Source: Antedon mediterranea (lineage: Eukaryota > Animalia > Echinodermata). Taken from it: DNA of 64,000 nucleotides. Location: contig NC_092678.1 of assembly GCF_964355755.1 (NCBI RefSeq), forward strand, positions 13,948,352 to 14,012,351, in the 5' to 3' direction. Shown one piece after another: positions 37,101 through 46,526 of this stretch; the first letter of the stretch is position 1, and each line of letters begins with the position of its first letter. The position numbers and the translations under genes were made by a program. The notes under the pieces are model-generated. The model worked only from the letters and a program-made list of their open reading frames with translations. It was not told where the DNA came from and made no database searches.

Positions 37101-40100
37101 AATATTCTTACTTATTTTAAGAAATATATTGCTTGAAACAAGAAAACTAAAAATATAAATCGGAATATTCTTACTTATTTTAAGAAAAATATTGCTTAAA
37201 ACAAGAATTCTAAAAAATACAAACCGGAATATTCTTACTTATTTTAAGAAAAATATTGCTTGAAACAAGAATTCTACAAATAAAAATCGGAATATTCTTA
37301 CTTATTTTAAGAAATATATTGCTTGAAACAAGAATTCAAAAAATACAAATCGGAATATTCTTACTTATTTTAAGAAAAATATTGCTTGAAACAAGAATTC
37401 AAAAAATACAAATCGGAATATTCTTACTTATTTTAAGAAAAATATTGCTTGAAACAAGAATTCAAAAAATACAAATCGGAATATTCTTACTTATTTTAAG
37501 AAATATATTGCTTGAAACAAGAATATTAAAATTAAAAATCGGAATATTCTTACTTATTTTAAGAAAAATATTGCTTAAAACAAGAATTCTAAAAAATACA
37601 AATCGGAATATTCTTACTTATTTTAAGAAAAATATTGCTTGAAACAAGAATTCTACAAATAAAAATCGGAATATTCTTACTTATTTTAAGAAATATTTTG
37701 CTTGAAACAAGAATTCAAAAAATACAAATCGGAATATTCTTACTTATTTTAAGAAAAAAATTGCTTGAAACAAGAATTCAAAAAATACAAATCGGAATAT
37801 TCTTACTTATTTTAAGAAAAATATTGCTTGAAACAAGAATTCAAAAAATACAAATCGGAATATTCTTACTTATTTTAAGAAAAATATTGCTTGAAACAAG
37901 AATTCAAAAAATAAAAATCGGAATATTCTTACTTATTTTAAGAAATATCTTGCTTGAAACAAGAATTAAAAAAAATACAAATCGGAATATTCTTACTTAT
38001 TTTAAGAAATATATTGCTTGAAACAAGAATTCTATAAAATACAAATCGGAATATTCTTACTTATTTTAAGAAATATCTTGCTTGAAACAAGAATTCAAAA
38101 AAATACAAATCGGAATATTCTTACTTATTTTAAGAAATATATTGCTTGAAACAAGAATTCTATAAAATACAAATCGGAATATTCTTACTTATTTTAAGAA
38201 ATATATTGCTTGAAACAAGAAAACTAAAAATATAAATCGGAATATTCTTACTTATTTTAAGAAAAATATTGCTTGAAACAAGAATTCTATTTTAAAAAAT
38301 CGATAAATTGTTACTTATTTTAAGGCAGATACTGCTTAAAACAAGAATGAAAAAAGCAATTAAATTCTTGGTAAGAATATTGTTCTTAAAGTATTATTTC
38401 TTGGTAAGAATAATTTTCTTGATAAGAATTTGTGTGATTCTTGTTAAGAATTTTACGATTCTTGGTAAGCCAAAAAGTATTGAAATACGGACAAGTCAAA
38501 ATTTACTTGTTTCAAGAAATATTTTGCTTGAAACAAGTTTTTTTTTTCTTAAAACAAGAATCAGAATTTTGCTGTGTATAATAGGAGCGGTCGAATATGC
38601 TACTGGACACAAAGCGGCAGGCGATGCTTCTATGAAGGCTGCCAGTAGAACATTGGGTGTTATTGCAGGAGGAGCTGCTGGTTTTTTTGCTGGAGGGCCG
38701 GCTGGGGCATTCCTGGGAGGTGTTGCAGCTGGAGCTGCAATGGATGGCATCATCACGGGAGTTGATTCAGCAGTTCATCATAGATACACCCCTTATGGTG
38801 AAGTATCAGTTGTGACAAATATGGTCAATGGTCACTATGATCCTGGAGAAGAGTTCGACTTTGTGGCTGGTATCGGTTTTGATGGACTAGCAGGTCTTGC
38901 AGAGGCAGGTGAAGGTAGCTTGACGCAACTTACATCTGAGCATTTCACTGGAAAGCCAATCTACCGTGTCATGGATGACGATGCAGGTAATAAGGCCATA
39001 GCGACTCAGGCAATTCCTACACCCCACAAAGGAGGCGAGATTTGGATTGCTGAAAGCACTGAGCATACACGTGCTTTTATAAGTGGCGACCCTGTAAATC
39101 GCAGTAGTGTCGTTGAAATAAAAATTAATAAAGCATGGTATACAAAGATGCGAGAAGACAACCTTGTTCATCAAAATGGAGCCAAAGATGTTGCAATCAA
39201 TGGCAAAAATGTGTGGAATAATGAAGCAGGAGGAGCTGGAGCTGGTTCTACAGGCAATAGGCCCGGTCACGGTGCTGTCAACATCGGTGTTAAGCATGTA
39301 CAATATAATAGAATATGGGGAGGGGGTAGAAAGGAGGGCGGTTTTAGTGCTTTTAGAAAGAAACTGGAAACATTCACAGAAGCACTTGAAACTGATTTGT
39401 CTGTAGGTGATCACCAAGTATCACCTGAATTTAAGAAAGCTCTATTCGATGTTTTTGGCTCAAAAAAGAATGTTTTGATTGTTGACAAAGGCACAGGACT
39501 GGCCAACCGTTTAAGAGCGGAATTCCCCTATATGCAGTTGGCAACTGATGCTGCTGACAAAATTGAAATCCAGCTTGATCCATTTCATGAAATGGCTGAG
39601 AGATTAAGGCCTACAAAAAACAAAGTATCTGTTAAGGAAACAGATATTATTCATGTCAAGGCATTACTGGAAACAATTGACAAAACCGTAAAAGATGTAT
39701 GTGGAAATGACAACCTTGCTGCGTTAAACAGTCATGTGAAATCTATTCGTCTCATCAATCCTTGGAGTTGGAGATACAAAACTGGTGCTATGTTCAAGAA
39801 TTGGACTGCAAAACACCCAGAAAAATTTGGTTCAGCCGTTATCAGCAGTTGGGGATTGGATAACCCTCAAACTGAAGTAAGAAAAAAAACAAAATACGTA
39901 GAAGAACCTTTACAATCAGATTACACTCTTGCAAACACAACGCAGGGATACGAAGCACCAGCAAATATTGTAATCAATGGACGTACAAATTCTAAGGGAC
40001 CATTAATGAACAAAGCAATAACTGTAGGTGGACTTCCCGTGACAAGAATTCAAGTTGAATGTATTGTGAAGATAAAAGAAGCTAGTAATGCTCAAAACAT

Positions 40101-42261
40101 GAACGTAGTTTTAGATGGTCGATTGTATCTTCGTCTTCGCAAACATGATTGTTGGATTACTGAATTTCACGATATTGACATCTGTGGTAGCATTAATTCA
40201 ACTACTGAGAGACAAATCTCCTATGATGACAGCAGTGTTGGTCTTGAATATATTGGTCTTGGGGGAAGTATTGAGTTGTGGTGTACAGTTGGGACAGGCA
40301 TGGAGCTCACTTGTAAAAACCTATCGTGCCGTATAACCTATGGTTCTCCGCAGTTCCGTTTCGAAAAAAGTGGTGACTATTCCCACATTATCTTCAGTCC
40401 TACTCGGAATGTGTCCTTAGACGACAATAGTGGACAAAAAATTACTCTCTACACAGAGCGAATTCCTCTTGGTGTAGCAACGATTAAAGGTATACATGTA
40501 AATTTTGAAGCAAAAGATCAAGATTGGGGAGAAAAAAATGGCGAAGTATATCTTCGTATTTGGCATAATGAGACAATGGAGGCGGATTTTACCGATTACT
40601 CTTTGACAAGTGGTGTATTGGTCCATAAGGGATGGAAAACTTTTAATTGGGACCTACAACAAAATCAAAGCATTCCTATAGGTGCTGTGGCCCAGTTGAT
40701 GTGTAGGGTAGGCTGGGGTGGTGGACACACTCTTCATGTCAGAAATTTGATGTTAAACATTGCCGTGGAAAGACCACAATTGGAAACTTTGAATACAATT
40801 GACTTCGAACGAATAGAACTAGTTGAAAAGTTGGCTGATTCGGACTGGGACTATATTGACCTGTACGATGACGTTGTCTCAATATCCCATGATGTAAAGA
40901 GTGTTCAAGTTAAATTCGACGCCAAAGACCAAGGATGGGGCAATCAAAAAGGTCGTTTAGCAATGTTTGTTATCAAGCCGTCAGGAGAAAGGAAAACCAT
41001 TCTGTTCCATGATGCAAATTGTTTCATAGACCATGAGTGGACATCTTACGAATACAACTCAGGAAAGCAATTACCATTTACTATTGAGATAGGTGATAAA
41101 GTCAAGTTTATGTGTGGTGTGGGAAATCGTAATTATCAACACATTCTATACGTGAAGAACTTTTATGCTGTTCTGACATTTCATGAGACTACAAGAGTAT
41201 TTGCTCCATCTCAAGATGTTAACAATACAAACAACTCGGAATTGCTTGTTCCACTTTACGTACAGAAATTTCCTTGTGGTGTTAGTGCTGTAACAAAGGT
41301 TAAAGTTCAGTTTGAGGCAAAGGATCAGGGTTACGGGAACCTAAAAGGAAAGATTTACATACGTGTGTTCGAAAACGGTTGCAAAAAAGTAATTTCTGAT
41401 GTTCTTATTACAAATGTTACCCATGCATGGTCAAACTATACCTATGAATCGGATTCTATTGGTGAAACAATTCCTCCTGGGAGTGTCATTCAATTCATGA
41501 CTGTTGTTGGTGGAAGTAAGTCACATTCAATGCACGTTAGAAATTTTGTTGCCAATATCACTTTCACTGATTATCCAAGGAATGAAACGGTAACTGCTTT
41601 CAATGAGGAAATCCGTTGCTTAGCAAAATTGAAGCAATTAAATGCAACTGGAGCAACGTCTAACGTTGTTGTGAATGTCCTCAAGCCAAATGGTTCCATT
41701 CGCACAACGTTTCCTCTTGAATCGACTATCCATAAAAGTGCATTGATTTCGCGAGTTGCTGTTGGGGACAAGCTTAGGTTTGTATCTAAAACTTCTGGAA
41801 GTCATGGATCCTTTCAAGTAACAGCTTCATTCCTCCCACTCGAAACTCCTAACCACAGCAGTGTCGTGATCCATTTTGCCCCTAAGCTTGATTTTTATGG
41901 ATTTGTACATGGTTATGCACCTGAAAATATACTTACTGGTGATGACCATCGTTTGGAACTGAAGCAGAAGTTGCGAGCTGTGACCGTTAGTTGCACTTGG
42001 ACAGACGACAATCCTGATTCTCCTTCCACTGGAAAATTGTTTCTTGTACTCAGGGCAAAGGAAGGTAAAGAGAAGGGTCGCTATGACGTGTTTGGAACGG
42101 TTAAGCACGATTGGAATCACGTGATGCGTGTCTTTGCTTCTGGTGATGACATTGTGAGAAATTCTCAACCTGGAGATCATATTCTCTTGTTACGTGAAAT
42201 AGGTCAGAATGGGGTACTTTGCATCGACGATCTTGACATGGTGTTGATACTCTCTACTTAA
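31169..42261 (+). CDS. Transposon-interrupted gene, join(31169..31412, 38579..42261), 1308 aa: triple repeat + Gly-zipper, ART-like region, KDQGWG beta-repeats (putative toxin-like protein)
   Basis: Removing 31413-38576 and one TA restores the frame (..GIPVIGH-IIGAVEYATG..) with no stop up to 42261. The join completes a third copy of the N-terminal ~32-aa repeat. A pyrimidine-rich splice acceptor (ttttttag, 31167) lies just before the ATG. Confidence 0.9.
31430..33260. repeat. Left subterminal array of the EnSpm-like element (~100-bp unit, 296-bp higher-order period)
   Basis: TTACTTAAAATAAGAAGTCAATATCAT recurs. Near-identical blocks start at 32328, 32624 and 32920. Confidence 0.92.
33696..34270 (-). 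pseudogene. N-terminal remnant of the element's transposase-like gene
   Basis: Minus strand: C2H2-like VRCPASFGIYNSFYKHVIRRH, an acidic linker, then ADFFLLKLKERNKIPQ followed by a GTAAG donor. This resembles N-termini of animal EnSpm transposases. It has several stops and no catalytic region. Confidence 0.45.
34582..36607 (+). pseudogene. Spliced remnant of the element's accessory ORF (SAMD3-like C-terminus)
   Basis: First exon MSKEDALLKIREIDEEVANILT followed by a GT donor; last exon (about 36293-36607) LDEALVTLLSTFYLLDFDYPK*..GLTIL*QLV with in-frame stops. Confidence 0.5.
36900..38560. repeat. Right subterminal array of the EnSpm-like element (63-bp unit)
   Basis: About 20 near-identical copies of TTGCTTGAAACAAGAATTCAAAAAATACAAATCGGAATATTCTTACTTATTTTAAGAAAAATA. 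Confidence 0.95.
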
Positions 42262-42499
42262 CTTTAACACAGCTCCGAGTTCCCGAGATATTGCAGTCCT
42301 GACATCGTCATTTTTTATTTAAACTCAATTCATTTTAAGGGAGGGAAAATCTTCTGGGTTCAACTTGTTCCTTTTATTTCATTTTATTTTATTTCAAGAA
42401 CATCAATCAGTTTCAATAATAGCAAAATAACAATACATATATTATAATTAGGACATTTAAAAACAATTATTAGTTCCGTTCTCTTTGCTTTATACCTCA

Positions 42500-42880
42500 A
42501 GAATAATGCGCTCCTGCTGACACTGACTTCACTATACCACTTGAGGTATCCTATGCCGATGATGTCGACATTTTACTCACGAGTAAAGCGGACGTAGAAG
42601 AGTTCGCAAACCACCATAAAATGTTCAACATTTTAGTAAATTAGGATAAACCGAACACCAACCATCAAAATAAATGATTCATTTGCGGAAGAAAGTTGGC
42701 AATAAAAGAAAAAAAAATTACTTGGTGATTCGAAAGATATATCTATAGTTCCAGACGGAAACAAATAGTAATAACCGCATTTAACAAATTCCAAAACATA
42801 TGGGCCCGAAAAGACAAGATAACAAAAAATCAATCTTTACAACGCAATGGTAAAACCTATTCTTATCTACAACAGTCTTC
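42500..42880 (+). mobile_element. Degenerate RTE-like LINE reverse transcriptase fragment
   Basis: EVSYADDVDIL (about 42545) and KINLYNAMVKPILIYN (about 42830-42875). Confidence 0.55.
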
Positions 42881-43954
42881 TCTTAAAATACGACAACTTT
42901 GCATTAAATTTGATAATAATTATGAATATGTAACAAATATGTTATTTGTTTTAATTATGGCTATTATAATATGATATGGATTAGGGTTATAAGGTGAAAA
43001 TTAAACATAGTATCAATAGGCTAAAGTATAAAGATATACTATATTATATTAAAATGAAATATACAATGATAAATAGTTAATATAATAAATAATTATGTTA
43101 GACCTACATTTCCTTATTATAGTCACTTGAAGAAACTTTCTCATCAAGCCACAAGTAAATTTAAATATTACCGATAACAATGCCTCTCTCTCAAAGTACG
43201 ACAACTTTGCATTAAAATGTATAATAATTATTATAACTATAATAATTATAATTATGATACAGTAACATTGTTGCAATGATAACTAATTATGATAACGATA
43301 ATCATGAAGACAATTGAAATGATTATTATTAATTCCTTACAATACATTTGGCAATTAAAGGCTTGCTAATTAACTAAAAATGTTTAATAAAGACAATAAT
43401 ATGATACAGTATTTTAGTGAAAATAAAATGTCATAATGGCAGATAGTTATTATGACAAATAATTATGTTAGTGACAATTATAAAGAACAATTTGGTAATT
43501 AATACAATAGAATTATGAATATGTAACGAATATGTTATTTGATTTAATTATTTCAATTATGACATGATACAGAATTATGGTGAAATAAATAAAACGTAAT
43601 ATCCATACAGTATAAAGATATAGAATAAAAAATGATATATTATAAAAATGGTAATAGTTATTATGGTAAATATTTAAGTTTTGGGACAATTACACTAATA
43701 CATATAATAATAAGAATAAGATAATAGTGAATAATTATGAATATTTAGCGAAAATAATATTTGTGTTTATGACAATTATGATATGATACAATATTATGGT
43801 AAAATAAACAAACATGTATTGTCTGTTATATGTATAACATTTAAATGTGTATGTAAACATATTTAGGGAAATAAACTAGATAGCATGTTATGTCTTCTGT
43901 GTCAATATTAAAAAGTCATTTCTTAAAAGCGTGCCTGCAAAATATTGCTTGGTT

Positions 43955-46062
43955 AAGCGTGGTTCCCACTAGAACGCAACGCAGCGACGTATCGACGCAA
44001 AGTGCTGTATTGTGTAATCACACAAGTGGGAATGTTAAGCGTGGTTCCCACTAGCGACGCAACGTAACGGGTGTTGTTGTTGACAATGAAAAGAAATATG
44101 CAAATGATTTAAATGCCTTCTACAACAGATTTGATAAAGTGGACGTTGACTTGAACATGAGGGAAACAACAAAACGCGTTGATGAACTGCCGGTACCCCC
44201 GGAACATTTTCAAATCACTGTGGACGAAGTGAACTTATTATTTAAAAAACTTAACCCACGTAAGGCAAAAGGTCCCGATAATATTAGTTGTAAGACTCTT
44301 AAAATGTGTGCCGATCAGTTGGCCATTCCTTTTTGTAAACTTTTTCAATCCTCTGTAAATGACTCAATAGTTCCAATGTTGTGGAAAAAATCAACAATCA
44401 TGCCCATTCCCAAAAAACCAAATCCCAAGGAAATGAATGACCTTAGACCTGTGGCCCTTACATGTGTACCAATGAAGTGTTTAGAAAAAATTGTTAAAAG
44501 TAAGCTAGTTGCCTCAGTGGAGAATCTGCTAGATATAAATCAATTTGCATATCGTCCAAACAGGTGTGTTGATGATGCAGTGCTTCTGCTCCTTAATAAT
44601 GTTTCTGAGCACCTAGAGAAAAAAGGTTGCTTTGCGAGAATTCTTTTTGTTGATTTCTCTAGTGCATTCAATAATATTCAACCATATGTTCTGGCTAATA
44701 AGCTTATCGATTTATAAGTTAACCCACTGATTATAAAATGGCTACTTAATTTTTTTAAAGATAGAGAACAGCGTGTTAAGCTTAATCACACGTTGTCCTC
44801 GTTGTTGAAAGTTAACACGGGTGTTCCACAAGGTTGTGTGTTATCACCTTTATTGTATACAATATACACAAATGATTGTAAGTCAAATAATACAAAAACT
44901 GAGATTATTAAATATGCAGACGACACTGCTCTGATTGGTTATCTGGATTCAAAAGATGATTCAATGACAGGCTTCTTAGACAGTATTAATATTTTTCACA
45001 AATGGTGTAAAGATAATTTTTTAGATCTAAATATAAATAAAACTAAAGAGATGGTTTTTGATTTTCGGAAGAAGATAAACTACCTTCCCAAGATCAAAAT
45101 CAATGGTGAGACCATTCCGGAAGTTAAAACTTACAAATATTTAGGGGTTGAAATTGATAATAAACTTAAATTTGATGCAAATAGTAGGTGCATATACAAT
45201 AAATTACAAAAACGTCTCTTCTTTCTACGCAAATTAAACTCTTTTAAGATTGACCGTACTAACTTTTTTATACTTCTATCTTAAACAGTGTACTTAGTTT
45301 TTGCCTAATATGTTATTATGGTAATTCACGTTTTAAAGATAGACTTTTACTTAATAAAATAGTTAAACAAGGCAGTAGAATAGTAGGCTCTGAACAAATT
45401 CAACCTGAAGTTTTATATAAGGAATTAGTAATTAAAAAATTGAAAATTATTTTAAAAGACCACGCTCATCCTCTGCACTATAAATTTAACAAAAGTCAAC
45501 GTTGTGACAGACTCCTTCAAAGAAAAATTAAAACAAATAGATATGGCAATTCATTCGTCCCTGCCGCTATACGATTATATAATGAATGATAATATCATTC
45601 ATTATATAATCGTATAATCGTATTTTATGCGCTAGTTTTATTTTTTGTAGTATTTTAAATCGACTTTTTAGGATTTTATATGTATATTTTGTATGGCTTT
45701 TTTTTTATCGTATTTTATATTTTATGTACTGTATCCATTTTATATTTGTATGTACTGTACTTTTGAAAAGGCCAACAGAGTTTCCCCATGGGGATAATAA
45801 AGTTTTAATTGAATTGAATTGAATTGAACGCAGCGCTACGAAGTTTTACGCAATACAGACGAGTGGGAACCGACGACGCAACATTTCCATACGTTGCCTA
45901 GATTGCGTTACGTGCGTCGCTATAAGTGGGAACCAACCTTTAGTTGCAACAGTGCTGCAAAGATCGCAGGTTTGATTTCACGCAGGCGGGGGTAAAACAA
46001 TTATTGGAAGGGCATTTTCTTACGTTGCGTAGAGGTTGCGTATATAGTGGAAACCAAGCTTT
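43955..46062. mobile_element. Two nested MITEs of one family (Harbinger-like ends)
   Basis: Left ends taagcgtggttcccacta at about 43954 and 44036; right ends aagtgggaaccaacctta (about 45924-45942) and tagtggaaaccaagcttta (about 46045-46063); CGCAA-rich interior. Confidence 0.6.
44068..45828 (+). mobile_element. 5'-truncated Rex1/Babar-type LINE (reverse transcriptase)
   Basis: KAKGPDNI, NDLRPVALT, QFAYRPNR, ARILFVDFSSAFN, GVPQGCVLSPLLY and KYADDT motifs; an in-frame stop at 44715 and a late frameshift; AATAAA plus (AATTG)n tail at 45807-45828. Confidence 0.92.
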
Positions 46063-46526
46063 ACTAGCATAAACGATTTACTTCGGAATATTTATTTCTT
46101 TTGTTGTTTAATTCGGAATGGACTCAAATGTAATGAATATACTATGAAAGGGATTGCAAACAAATGATCCAGCTTGAAATACAAATTTCTCAATAGGCTG
46201 TTACATTAAGAAGAAAATAAATAATGGACATTACAGCTGATCTTCGTGATGAAAAAGATAAAAGCAGATATAATAATACACGCAAATTCAACAGCATTAG
46301 TTGATGTATGCCATCATAATAAATTGTATTCTAAAAAGTGTAATCAATGATCTCGATCATCCTCTCATTAAATTCTTTAAACGTAGCCAAACTGGTAGAC
46401 TGATCACTCTGAATCAAAACACTAAAGGCTGTCGTATGCCATGTATTTAATAGCAAGTTTGTAAGATCTCTTTAGAATCACTGGTTGCGACGAATTTGTT
46501 TTGTATTCGTTTGTCTAATTACATGT

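Larger units (their letters stand above)
31413..38576. mobile_element. Non-autonomous CACTA/EnSpm (CMC)-type DNA transposon, 7164 bp
   Basis: TIRs CACAGCAAAATT / AATTTTGCTGTG; TA duplication (31411-31412 and 38577-38578); long subterminal repeat arrays at both ends; decayed coding remnants inside. Confidence 0.88.

Noticed and set aside
32328-38021. Repetitive ORFs at 32328, 32624, 32920, 37256 and 37635
   Set aside because: They are read-through of the transposon's subterminal tandem repeats.
36900-38300. CRISPR-like appearance of the 63-bp array (also the 46-bp repeats at 9814-9984)
   Set aside because: The units are head-to-tail with no unique spacers, there are no cas genes, and the context is eukaryotic.
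38308-38577. First 90 aa of the 1317-aa ORF as a real N-terminus or signal peptide
   Set aside because: This stretch lies inside the transposon's right end; the true N-terminus is at 31169.
38496-42180. Antisense and alternate-frame ORFs within the large gene
   Set aside because: They are shadows of the main frame with no recognisable motifs, and none looks like a separate immunity gene.
31169-42261. Bacterial contamination as the source of the intron-free toxin-like ORF
   Set aside because: The ORF is interrupted by a eukaryotic transposon, preceded by a splice acceptor and embedded among host repeats.
42880-43900. Very AT-rich stretch with short internal similarities and a 75-aa ORF
   Set aside because: It is low-complexity, decayed sequence with no supportable function.
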